A stretch of 64,000 nt of DNA from Dictyostelium fasciculatum. Taxonomy: Eukaryota. The DNA lies in the NCBI RefSeq assembly GCF_000203815.1, contig NW_004457624.1, forward strand, positions 2,994,354 through 3,058,353. The letters are read 5' to 3'. Positions 49,184-61,449 of this stretch are shown one piece after another. Under the pieces are notes generated by a model that did no database searches, had not been told where the DNA came from, and was given only the letters and a program-made list of their open reading frames with translations. Each line of letters starts with the position of its first letter. The first letter of the stretch is position 1. Made by a program: the position numbers and the translations under genes.

Positions 49184-49702
49184 TGATATAGTATCTAATA
49201 TATATATATCTCAATATGCAAGATATAAATAGTATTGAATGTAGTTTGTGAGAGCGAGATAAATAGTTAGGTTTGCCGTATCAGAATTATGTATTCATGA
49301 ATAATTTTAATTTAATATTGATATTTTCGCATTTTGAAGCAGTGTGGTAGACGATCATTCTCATCCCCATTTGGGATATTATCCTCCTCATCATCATCAT
49401 ATATTATCTATATCTACTATTTCTACTATATCTACTTATTGTTATTATTATTATTATTATTATTAAAATCACGATTCACATAATAGATAGATATATTGAT
49501 CGATCAACCTAAAGAAAGAATAGAGGATCAATGAAAGTGTAGAATAGAAAGACGAATTTAAAAAGAGGCATTACATTGTAAGTTACAAGATAGCAGAGAG
49601 AAAGTAGATGTAGTATATAGGATTGTATTTAAATTAACATATACATCTTTCTATTCAATCAAGTTAAAAAGAGACAGAGAGAGAGAGAGAGAGATATAGA
49701 AA

Positions 49703-50753
49703 ATGAAAGATTCTATAAAACAACAACAGACTATAAGTAACATATCGGCAACGACACCAACAACTTCTATAAATCCAACACACCATAAATTAATTGAAAT
49801 ATTAAGTGGAAGTGGAGCAGGTATCATAACATCATTGTTGACGACTCCATTGGATGTTTTAAAGATCACTCTGCAAGTACAAACACAATCACAGAGTGTC
49901 ATTAGTACGACAAAAAGTTTTATTGAATCGGGAGGAATCGGATCACTGTACACTGGATTAAAACCAACTCTTATAGGCAGTGTGACGACATGGGCAATCT
50001 ATTTCACAACCTACTCGTCACTCAAAACCAATATATCGAAATACTTGGACTGCGACATCAACTCTCCCAGTCTCCTAGTATTCTCGGCTATGGCCGCAGG
50101 TGCAAATACAAGTATATTAACTGCCCCAATTTGGGTTATAAGAACTAGATTAATTGTATGTTAAATATATATATATATATATACTTTCAATATAATTAAT
50201 TTATTAATGTTTCCATTTATTTAATAAGACACAAGAAATGTCAGGAAGACAAAAAAATTATAATGGTATGACACATGCATTTGTAAAAATAATGAAAGAA
50301 GAGGGAGCAGCTGGATTGTACAAAGGGTTGGGACCAAGTTTGTTGGGCACTCTGCATGTTGGAGTGCAATTCCCAACCTACGAACATTTGAAATTGGTGT
50401 TGGAGCGACATCGACCAGAGGGACAACTCACATTTGTAGATATTCTCATGGCATCGTCATTGTCCAAGATCATAGCCAGCATGGTGGCCTATCCCCACGA
50501 GGTACTCAGATCACGTATGCAAGACAGCTCACCACACTCCCCGCATCCCTACCAGGGCGGTCTCATCAGCACATTCAAACGAATCGTGCGTGAAGAAGGA
50601 TTCCAAGCACTGTACAAGGGCATGGGTATCAACCTTCTCAGAGTCACTCCTTCCTGCGCCATCACATTCACATCGTACGAATTTCTTAAAAAATATTTTA
50701 CAACTACTTTAATAAATCATCATAATGATAATGGTAGTGATAATAAATCATAA
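49703..50753 (+). CDS. mitochondrial carrier family (SLC25) protein; folate/FAD/NAD/pyrimidine-nucleotide carrier-like subfamily, 2 exons: join(49703..50155,50229..50753), 325 aa
   Basis: Three carrier repeats with signatures PLDVLKITLQ, PIWVIRTRL and YPHEVLRSRMQ; G-x3-G and Y/F-K-G motifs (LYTGLKPTL, LYKGLGPSLLG, LYKGMGINLL). GTATGT donor at 50156; aataAG acceptor at 50227/50228; phase 0. Confidence 0.85.
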
Positions 50754-51465
50754 CAATGATATCCATCCACCATAGTGCAACTACTTCCATTGTACAATAA
50801 TATTAATATGTTTGTGAACAAATATAATACCATTTTAATTTAATATTTGAATATTTAATATTTCCGGTTATTTATTATAATTAATTATAGATGTCTTCTA
50901 CTCTTAAGAGACAAAAATATAACTCAATATGTATCAAAATAAGTTACAATAGATTATTTTTAAAACAATAGTCTCAGACTATTGTTCCTTTAATTCAATC
51001 TGGAGTGCTAGTATTATTTCCTTAAAAATACCAAAGTATTTTAAATTCTTTTTTTTTCAATACTACTTGTCTACTAGTAACTCCACTGGATTCATTTTGT
51101 ATCTTTAGTTATAAATATATTACCTAGGTGCACGCCTTGGGTTACAAGAGATGAAATGGAGATTCACAACAAACATTCTTTCATTCAATTTATCATCATA
51201 TTAGCCTATACACAACACAATCCATTATTCACAAGAGTGTTATTTCAATATTTATATATATATACATATTATATATACACCAATACATGTAGCTGCTGTG
51301 TATATTCAGATCTTCTAGAAGGAAGGAGGAGGAAGAGGAGAATAGAATGTGTACTTAAGAGAGGTTGAATGACAACTATTTGATATTTATGGACATTCAA
51401 CATTCAACAAACATTCAACATCATTTACTTATTACAACTTTTGTTATCATTCATTGTTGATACGT

Positions 51466-51520
51466 TCATTCATTCATTCATTCATTCATTCATTCATTCA
51501 TTCATTCATTCATTCATTCT
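51466..51520. repeat. (TCAT)n / (CATT)n microsatellite, about 13 units, in the PKS 5' leader
   Basis: ttcattcattcatt... run immediately upstream of the PKS ATG. It generates the SFIHSFIHSFIH extension in the track ORF. Confidence 0.95.
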
Positions 51521-51543
51521 ACACAGTTGTTTCTATACATCCA

Positions 51544-54500
51544 ATGGAAACTCAAGCCATTCCTATCAAGGAACAAGACATTGCGATCGTTGGTATCGGA
51601 TGTAGACTACCGGGTGGGTCGCGAACACCACAACAATTCTATGACCAGTTGGTCGATGGTTTGGATGGTATCACCAAGATGACAGAGGATAGATGGTCAA
51701 GATCATTTGTGGATCAAGGTTACATTGCTACTGATCGCGCTGGATTCTTGGACATGAAAGAGTGGACTCATTTTGACAACCATTTCTTTGGGATGCTTGG
51801 CAAGGAGGCTGCTTCCATTGATCCCCAGGTACGCCTCTATCTGTCTGTGCTTTGGGAAGCTTTAGAAGATTCACATATCGATCCTGCTTCCATAAGAGGA
51901 TCCAATACATCGGTATTTCTCGGTCAAATGTACGATGGAAACCAACACATTCTTTCTCAGGATCTCGCCACAATGATTGCGCAGGTCAAAACAGGTCGTT
52001 CAGACTCATCGATCAAAGCATCTTATTGTTATGATTTCCGTGGTCAATCGCTTTCGATTGACACTGCTTGTTCATCGTCACTGGTTGCAGTGCTCCAAGG
52101 TATCGATACCATCCTCAAAGGTGAAAGTGACCTTTCAATCTGTGGAGGTGTCAATATCTTTATCGAACCAAAAACATCAATCCAATTCACTGGCGCGGCT
52201 ATGATTGGAAAGAAGGGTGTATGTGCAACGTTTGATGAATCAGCCGACGGTTATGTCCGTGGTGAAGGTGTTGGTGTTGTCATTCTCAAGAAACTGTCAA
52301 AAGCAATTGAGGATAATGATAATATCTATTGTGTCATCAACGGTGGTAGTTGCAACGTCGACGGTAATTGGGAGAAGCTTTCACCAACTGCCCCCTCATC
52401 GGCTGCACAACATTTAAACACACAAAATGCTCTCAACAAGGTCGGAGTGACACCATCGGATATCTATTACGTTGAATGCCATGGTACTGGAACACCGACG
52501 GGTGACCCACTCGAAATAGAATCAATATCACGTGTGTTTGCAGGTTCACACAGCCAATCCAACCCACTCAGAATTGGATCGGTTAAAAGTAATATTGGAC
52601 ACACTGAAAGTACAGCCGGTGTTGCATCACTCATTAAATGTGCAATGATGCTCAAGAATAGAATGTTGATCAAAAATATCAATTTCAACAAACTTAATCC
52701 AAAAATCAATCTACTCAATGGTGAAATCAAGATTGTACTTGAAAATGAACCATTTCCAAATGATGGTAGAATAATTAGAATGGGAATTAATTCTTTTGGT
52801 TTAACTGGTAGTAATGCTCATATTATTCTTCAAGAATATAAAAATATAGAAAATTTTAATATTAATAATAATAATATTAATGATAATAATAGTACTACTA
52901 CAGTTGTCTCTATGGATAATGTTGGTAAGTTAATTTTAAAAACAAATTTATTTATTTAATTTTAATTTATTAAATATTTATTTATTTAGATTATTTAATT
53001 CCATTTTCATCAAATAGTCAAAAATCAATTGATTCTTATATTAATATGATCAAGAATAATGTTGAATTGTATAGTAACAAGATGACATTTGAAGATTTTG
53101 TTAGATATCAATCACAATCTAAAACAAACCATCCAACTTGTAAAAAGGTTATCATTGCCAAGGATTGGGAAACATTCTCCTCTGAATCAGTCCAAACCTT
53201 TGAAAAACAACAAACCTATGTTTCAAGTATGTCACAATTGAACAGCTCACCAAAACCAAAGATTGTGATGGTATTTTGTGGACAAGGTGCACAATGGAAC
53301 GGAATGGGCGAGAGATTGTATCAATGTCCAATATTCCGTAATGCTGCTGATCGTGTTGATAGATTATTATCTCGCCACTATCAATATTCAATCATTGATA
53401 AATTAAGAAAGAGTAATCAACAGGAAATACATCATCCAATCCTCGCCCAACCAGCAACATTTATCATTCAAGTTGCATTGGTACAATTGTATCAACATTT
53501 TGGTATTACTCCATCCATTGTAGTTGGTCATAGGTAAACATATTAAAATTAAAAAAAAAATATATTATTTGTTCTAATAATCTTTAATTATAATTTACTT
53601 TTAGTTTTGGAGATATAACAGCAGCATGGTGTTCAGGAATAATAACATTGGAAGAAGCTGTTAGAATAGTATATTTGAGAAGTGTTGCCCAAAATGATAC
53701 GATTGGAAGTGGAAGAATGTTGGCAGTATCATTATCATTTGATACATTCAAAGAGAGATTCCAACCGTCACAGTATGATTTGGTCGAGTTGGCATGTTAC
53801 AATTCGGACAACTCTATTGTATTGGCAGGAAATGAAGATCAACTCAAATCAATTGATCAACAACTCAAGAATGTTAATGTGTTTAGTGCATTCCTTGGTA
53901 CACCATGTGCATTTCATTCATCGGCACAAATTGAAACAAAGGAATTTATATTCAACAATCTAAATAATATAGAGTATCAATCATCTCAACCAACCATTCC
54001 ATACTTTTCAACTACAACTTCACAACAAATCATGTTATCGTCTCAAATCGATGCTCAATACATTTATGATAATCTCAGACATCCAGTATTATTCCAACAA
54101 ACAATCAACAACATAGTTGATTTCACAAAGAATGATAATGATGATGGTAATCAACAACAATATATTTATTTAGAGATTGCACCACATTCAACATTATCAT
54201 TCTATTTGAAATCATTGTTACCACAAGGAACAAGCAATATTCAATCACCACTCAACAAAAAGAAAGATGAAATTGAATCAATTCAATCTTGTCTATCACA
54301 ACTTTACTTTGGTGGTGTTTGTGTTGATTTTTCAAAACAACTACCAACGACCAATGATAATGAATGGAAGAATAGATCAAGACATCTTCCAAGATATCAA
54401 TGGGACACTGAATACTTTTTAGAGGAGCAAGAAATATATAAAAAGATTAGAACTGGAGGAGTGACAACTACTCTGCTTGGTTTTAGTGACAGTGAATCAC

Positions 54501-57500
54501 TCAATACCTATCACACATTGATCGATGTCAACAGACCATCGTATCAATATTTAAAAGGTCACAAAGTAAAAGGAAAATATTTGTTCCCAGGTACAGGATA
54601 CATTGAAAACATTATCAATGCATTCCCAAACCAAGACATCCACATTCACCATCTCCAATTCATTGCACCATTCTTTCTCAAAGAAGGAGCTCCTTGTCAG
54701 TTAAAATCAACATTCTTCCAGTCATCGTCGATTGAATATCAAGCTACATTCCAATACTATGATGATAAACTTGGGAAATGGATTAAATCTGCAGTTGGTC
54801 GTCTATCTGCCAACAACAGTCCAACACCGAATCCAACCAAAGAATTTGATAGCGTCGATCAATTACGACAAACATTCAATGTTGCAACCATGAATACAAC
54901 AGAGGTCTATCAAAAGTTGACAAAGGTTGGATTAATGTATGGAGAATCATTTAAAAGAACCAAACAAGTATTGTTTAGCGAGGATGGTTCGATATTGACA
55001 GAGATTGAATGCAAGTCTAGAAACCATTTTGAAGAATCAAATACCGTTTTGAATGCATCAGTTCTGGATTGTCTATTACATTCTTGTATTGTAACGTTTA
55101 AAGGTGAACATCCAAAATGTGAAGTTGTATTTGATAGAGTTGAAGATTTCCATATCTACTCTAACAATATTCCAAAACATCCATGCAACTCTTTGTTTAC
55201 AACTACCAAACTCCAACAACAACAACAACAACAACACACCAATTCACAAATTGGAAATGAATTTAAAAATTCAATTGATATTATCGATAAAGATGGAAAT
55301 ACTGTCATTAAATGTGGACAAGTAGTATGCACATCTTTGACAAAAGTATTAAAAGTACACCATGCCAAAAATCCATCCAAATTCATCAAACATACCATTT
55401 GGCAACCTAAAAATGCTCCTTCAACAGAGATGTCACTTTCATCGTCAGACATACTTGGATATTTCGGAAGATTCTTGGAGTTGTCAACAACCTCTCATAA
55501 AGTCATTAGAGTACTAGACTTTGGATTCAATTATCGTATTACCATTGATCTCTTTACAAAGTTAATTTCACTTTCCCATCCAAACACTATCATTGATTTT
55601 ATTACATACGATGATACTCTATGGGTTGACCTCCAAAAAGATAATCTGTTGATTAAATCGTACAATCCAGAATCAATCAATAAGTCAAGATCATTAACCG
55701 ATCAAGGTTTTCTTGCAACTAGTTTTGATTTAATTCTATCAACTATGGAATACATTTCTGAAAACAATCAAATGGCAGGTGAATTTGAAGAGTTATTAAA
55801 TCCAAATGGTCAACTCGTCATTATCAACACTACCCGTAATCAACCACCCTTTATCGATAATAATCATAATAATAATAATATGATAGATCTTTTGGAATCA
55901 CATCAACTCAATATCACTCATAATAATATTGAATCAAAAGATGAAATTGTTTTAATTGGTAGAAAATCAAGTGTTGAAGAAACAAGTATTGAAAAATATG
56001 ATAATTTATTATTTATTACTCCATCCTCTTCATCATCATCTTCATCTTCTTCATCATTGGCAAAGAGATTAATTCAACAATCATCAACAAATTTGATTGC
56101 AAAGAAAATTAGTTATTTTTCAAATGATGATATTATGGATGAATCTAAATATCAATCGTTATTAGACTCGATATCATACGATAGTGTAAATTGTCGTAGA
56201 GTTGGAATAATATATTTAGAATCATTGGAAGAAATGAACTCTAAAAACCTTGAAGTCAAAACAATGCAACTTATCAGATTACATCAAATCATCAGAAAAG
56301 AACAACTACCAATTAGATTAATAACATTGATAGCTAGTCAATTAAATCATTGTCTAAGATCCATTGCAAGAGAATATGGATCAAAAGCAAGAGGTGAAAT
56401 GTTCCATTTTAATTCCATCACTATCATTTTGGACGATAGTAGTAGTCAAGTAACACTTGAAAAGATATTACAATGCGCAAACTCTGAATATCTTGGAGAG
56501 AGTGATCTTCAACTTGTATGTCAAAACAACAATCAAGACGATATTCAATTATTTGTAGAAAGAATTATAGAATCACCTCAATCATTAGAATTGGATTCAA
56601 AGTTTAAAGTTGACAACATTCAAGATTTAAAAGTTAATTTTGAAATGGACAACAAATACCATCTAAGACAAAAAAAAGAAATCATATTAGATGATGAAGT
56701 AGAAATCCAAGTTAAAGCAGCGTCTATTAATTTTAAAGATTTAATGATTTTAGAAGGTAATGATTGAAACAAAAAAAAAAAGTATAAATTAAAAATAACT
56801 AATTAATTAACTTAATTTAATTACTTTACTTTAGGCAAAGTTGATCAAAGATTATTCCCAATGGGTGATATTTATAATCCACCACTTGGTCAAGATTGCT
56901 CAGGTGTTGTGACAAGAATAGGACCAAAGGTTACAAAATTCAAAGTTGGTGATGAGGTTTATGGTAATGGACTTGGTTTTGCTTCATCGACAGTAGCATT
57001 TGAAGATACGATTGTACTAAAACCAAAGGAACTGTCATTTGTTGAAGCAGCTTCATTACCCTTGTCTATGGGAACTGCTTGTTTGGTTTTATTCAAAAAG
57101 GCAAATATCTATCCAACAGAGTCTATTCTCATTCATAGTGCAACTGGTGGTGTTGGATTGGGAATGTTAAACCTTTTAAAATTCAAAAAACATACTGGAA
57201 AGATATTTGTAACGGTTGGATCAAAGGAAAAGAAACTGTATCTTGAAAAACAATATGGTTCATTTATCACTGCAATTTTGGGTTACGACAACTTTACTAA
57301 AAGTATAACGGAACAGACACAAGGCAAAGGAGTAGACTATGTCATCAACACACTCGACTATACAAGAATGCAAGACAATTTCAAATGTCTCTCGAGAAAT
57401 GGAGTGGTTGTTGATTTGTCGGTTGATCAATTCTTCCAAGCTCGTGATATCGATATGGGGTCACTCAACTTTGACAAGGGATACCTGACATACCACTTTT

Positions 57501-58798
57501 CACGTAAACAAATGTATATCCACCAAAATATTAAACAAATGGTGGAAGAAGGATTGGAGGTTCCCCCAATAACAGTATTCCAAAGTCACCAAATTGGCCA
57601 AGCATTTGATCATGTACGTTCAAGAAAACATATTGGCAAGGTGGTAATAGATTATGAAAATGTTCAAACAGATGTGATTGATCCAATTTTATCACAACCA
57701 CATAAACCAGTTGAAAGAGTAGATTACGATTTGGACGGTATTCAAGAAACACTTCTCATCACTGGACAAACTGGTATTGCAGTAGAGTCGCTTGGTTATC
57801 TCGTCAAACATTCATCCAAACTACGTGATATCATTGTTGTCACTTATTCAACTCCAAAATTTGAAATTCAATTATTGGTCAACGAGCTCCAAAAGAAATC
57901 CATCAAACTTTATTTTGTTCGTTGTGATATTGGAGATTATGATCAACTCAAATCATCTGTACAAGATCTTTACAAAAGAACGCCAACTCTCAAACCAGTG
58001 TCGGTCGTTGTTCACTGTGCCAACACTTATGTGACGATTGCACCCGATGACATTGAGCTGGAGAGTCATCATGCAGCCATGTCGGGTAAAGCAACCGGAG
58101 CATTTAATCTTCACAATCTGTTTGAAGAGCTTGGTTGGAAACTAAACCATTTCCACATGTTATCTTCGGTTGCCAAGTATATCCCTGTCGACGGTCTCAG
58201 TTACTCGATTGGCAATGCATTCCTCGATGGCCTATCAAGATACCGAAGAGACCTTGGATTGGAATCAACCTCTATCAACTGGGGTTCCATTGGACAGGCT
58301 GGAAAAGCAGCGTCAGACAAAAGTGTCGGTTTAATCCTACATACGATCGGTCTAATGATGATGCCATTATCAGCCATCTATGGTATATATAGAGGCTCAT
58401 TCATCAACACTACCACACCAATCACCAATCTCATTTGTGCCGATCTACAAGCCAAAAGTCTTGTTTCAGAGTTGCCACATCTCGAACATTTCTATTCACA
58501 TTACTTGAATGTTGCCAACAGTGGCAATGGGGGTAACCTATTGGATGCAATTGGAAGTGCCGGATCAGTTGTTGACAAAAAGATACTGGATTTCATTTCA
58601 GATGCACTTTCAATCGAGAAACATTTGTTAAATGGCGATACCAAACTCAAAGATTACGGTGTCGATTCAATGACTGCCATTCAAATCAAAGGCCAAATCG
58701 AATCAGAGTTTAACAAACCTCACATACTCAATCAATCACATATTTCAAATGGTACTATTAACTCTATAATTGAAAGTGTTAAAAAGAGTTTGAAATAA
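51544..58798 (+). CDS. pks: type I iterative (fungal/dictyostelid-style) highly reducing polyketide synthase, KS-AT-DH-(degenerate MT)-ER-KR-ACP, 4 exons: join(51544..52924,52990..53533,53605..56756,56835..58798), about 2346 aa
   Basis: KS: IAIVGIGCRLPGG, DTACSSSLVAVLQG (active-site Cys), ECHGTGTPTGD, GSVKSNIGHTESTAGVASLIK. AT: VFCGQGAQWNGMG and VVGHS|FGDITAAW, where the GHSxG motif is split by intron 2. DH: LKGHKVKGKYLFPGTGYIE. The MT-like region has no intact GxGxG. ER: LGQDCSGVVTRIGPKV, HSATGGVGLGMLNL. KR: LITGQTGIAVESLGYL. ACP: DYGVDSMTAIQIKG. Introns are 65, 71 and 78 nt (GTAAGT, GTAAAC, GTAATG donors) and lie in interdomain or motif-adjacent positions. There is no TE, no reductase and no type III (chalcone-synthase) C-terminal domain. 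Confidence 0.95.
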
Positions 58799-58952
58799 AA
58801 AAAAAGATTAATAAATAATAGTAAAATTCTAACCTTGCTTGATTTAGTTTTTCTATCTATCTTTTCAAAAAAACATAATTATATTTATTATTATTTCTTT
58901 TATAAAAGACTGCTGTAACTTTGTTGTTGTTAGAGATAATCTTGATATTAAT

Positions 58953-60100
58953 ATGGATGATGACGACGATTTAACATTTGAACAAATTAAAAAGTTACAA
59001 CAAGATCGAAAGAACAATTCATCAAATTACAACACAGAGATTGTAGTTCAATCAAAGAGCGGTAGTAGTAGTAGCAGTAGTGGTGGTCGAAAGAGTAGTA
59101 GTAGTAGTAAACATGGAGACGATGACAATAAAAGAGGAAGAAAGAGAAATATAGAGGATGAAGAACAAGATCAATACGATAGAGATAGAAGAGACAATAT
59201 CAGAAATGCATTCGATTCATATACTGCTCCAAAATACATACTTGATAGTATACCTACTGATCCTGATGATACAGATGATGTATGTAAACATAATATATAG
59301 ATATATAGATATAGATAGATGGATATATTTAACTAACTTCTTCTTTTATCATTTAGCCATTAAAAGAATATAGACCAAAGACAGTTGCAGAACAAGAGAC
59401 TGAATATCAAAGTAGATGGAGAAAGAGAGGACTCAGTCCTCCAAGAGACTACGATCCATTTACTGGAAAGGGTCAGGTAAAAGGTAGATCGTACAAAGAC
59501 ATTATGATTGAGAATCAAATGGCCAAAGAGGAAAAAGAACTCAAAGAAAAGATTGAAAGAAAAAAGAGAGAGGAACAAACCAACCAACGTAAAGATAGAA
59601 GACAACAAGAATTGGAAAGAGAAAGATCGGACAAAGAAAGAAAAGAAAGTGAAAGAGGAGAAAGATCATCTCATTCATCCTCTTCTTCTTCCTCTTCTTC
59701 GACATCATCGATTAAAAAGAAAAAGATTGGTGATGATGATGGTAATGTTAGTTCATCATCTTCAAATATTAGTTCAGATACCAAATGGTATCTAAAAGTA
59801 TATAAAAATGGAACGGTTGTTGGTGATCCGATAAGAATCACATCTGACCGTCCCGTGACACTTGGTCGTGATGCAACAAAGAATCTGGTGCATCTCGAAC
59901 ACCCAAGTTGCAGTAGTACACATGCTTCGATTACCATCATGAGAGTTGGTAAACGTCCCATTCTAATGGACTTGAAAAGCACCAACCAAACACATCTCAA
60001 TGGCACTCCAATCGACCCTTACCATCCAAATGATCTATATCAAGGTGACAAGATTCAATTTGGTGGTAGTAGTCGTGACTATGTTATCTATCACACATAA
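58953..60100 (+). CDS. SNIP1-like FHA-domain protein with an acidic/RS-like N-terminus, 2 exons: join(58953..59279,about 59357..60100), about 355 aa
   Basis: Exon 1 is MDDDDDLTFEQIKKLQQDRKNN...DRDRRDNIRNAF...DPDDTDD, with a GTATGT donor at 59280. The catttAG acceptor lies near 59356. Exon 2 is PLKEYRPKTVAEQETEYQSRWRKRG...ERERSDKERKESERGER...; then the FHA core WYLKVYKNGTVVGDPIRITSDRPVTLGRDATKNLVHLEHPSCSSTHASI...MDLKSTNQTHLNGTPI...GDKIQFGGSSRDYVIY, which closely parallels the SNIP1 FHA domain. The exon-2 start could not be fixed to the nucleotide; it may be off by one. Confidence 0.7.
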
Positions 60101-60207
60101 GTAGAGAATAGTAGAGTAACCAATAAATGTTATGAATGAATGAAAAAAAAGAAAAGGTTCTTTCTTTATATTTTGTACAAAAGGTCCCCCTCTAAATGTA
60201 TTATTAT

Positions 60208-61063
60208 TTAATCTTGTTTGATTTCAACCAAAGTATTACAATAAGAGTATCGAGAAAAAAGGACAAATAGATATCTAAACCAAACCAACTGACTTGCATG
60301 TTGTTTCATAGCCTCAAAATTCTTTCCAAATAGTTTGTATGCCGTATACAATCGATCGTATGATGAGAATATCCATTTGGAGAAAAATACATCTCCAATA
60401 CCAATATACTTTCTAATGATATTAACAGATTCCAATTCATATCCTTTAACCTTTGTATTATTCTTTAAATATAATCTATATAATTTGAAATATATTTAAT
60501 TAATTTCTATTCAATTATCTAACTTTTCTTCTTACTTACTTTACACCATTTGATACAGATATATGATTTGGATGACCAGAGACACCACCATGATCAAAGG
60601 TTAATATTTGAGTGATACCCCATTGATCTACGTATTTTTGGATATATTTTGATATGACGGTTACATCCCAATCCTTGTCCATTCCATCGGGTAGATTGGT
60701 ATCGTTGACGACAGCCACATGGTCACGTGCCACACCATAGCATCTGCAGCTATTGACCAACTCTTTTTCTCTAATCTTTCCCAATCCATCGGCATTACCA
60801 TTGGACAGACACACTACGTGCACTATAGATTCTTCTCCTTGTATACTTTGATAGTATTCTAGAGTAGGACTAAAGAACATACATTCATCATCTGGATGTG
60901 CTATTGCTAATAGTATACGTGTTGTTGGTGTAGTTGTCATATCTCCTTGCTCCTTTTCTTGATTGATTGTATTACCACCACTATCTTCTTGATTGATAAA
61001 TGTAATGAATAAATAGGCCAATAATAGAATAAATAGTGAAGAGCACACCAATACTACTTTCAT
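60208..61063 (-). CDS. pigL: N-acetylglucosaminyl-phosphatidylinositol de-N-acetylase (PIG-L, GPI-anchor biosynthesis), 2 exons: complement(join(60208..60450,60545..61063)), 253 aa
   Basis: N-terminal TM segment (VVLVCSSLFILLLAYLFITF), then LLAIAHPDDECMFFSPT (the LmbE/PIG-L zinc-site motif), HVVCLSNGNADGLG and VSGHPNH. The exon 2 C-terminus (HASQLVWFRYLFVLFSRY) matches the PIG-L tail. The donor is non-canonical GTAAAG (60544..60539); the acaaAG acceptor is at 60452/60451; phase 0. Confidence 0.85.
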
Positions 61064-61449
61064 TCATATGTATGAATGAATGATCATCAACCGATTTAAA
61101 TTGAAATCAATGAAGGGTACCCCCTCCACAAACTAAATAAATTAAAAAAAAAAACAAACAAATTCTCAAAGCCCGCTCAGAGCAAAAGATAAAGATATCT
61201 TTTATTAAACCTCTAATCTTAATCTACCCACCCATCATTACAACAACAACAACAAAAATATATCGACGCGTCGACAAACTGCAATAATGAATAACAACAC
61301 AACAACTAGTAGTATAATATAGAAAGACACACATTATAAATATAATCAAACAAACCAACCAACCAACTTTGTAAATAATAATAATAATAATAATAATCAG
61401 AAAAGAGGAGAGAGAGATAGAGAGAGAAACAATCAACGTTTAGCGGGGG

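Noticed and set aside
49703-60100. Possibility that the PKS and its neighbours form a biosynthetic gene cluster
   Set aside because: The neighbours are a mitochondrial carrier, a SNIP1-like splicing factor and PIG-L. None is a tailoring enzyme (no P450, methyltransferase, prenyltransferase or transporter of the usual kinds). The PKS appears to be stand-alone.
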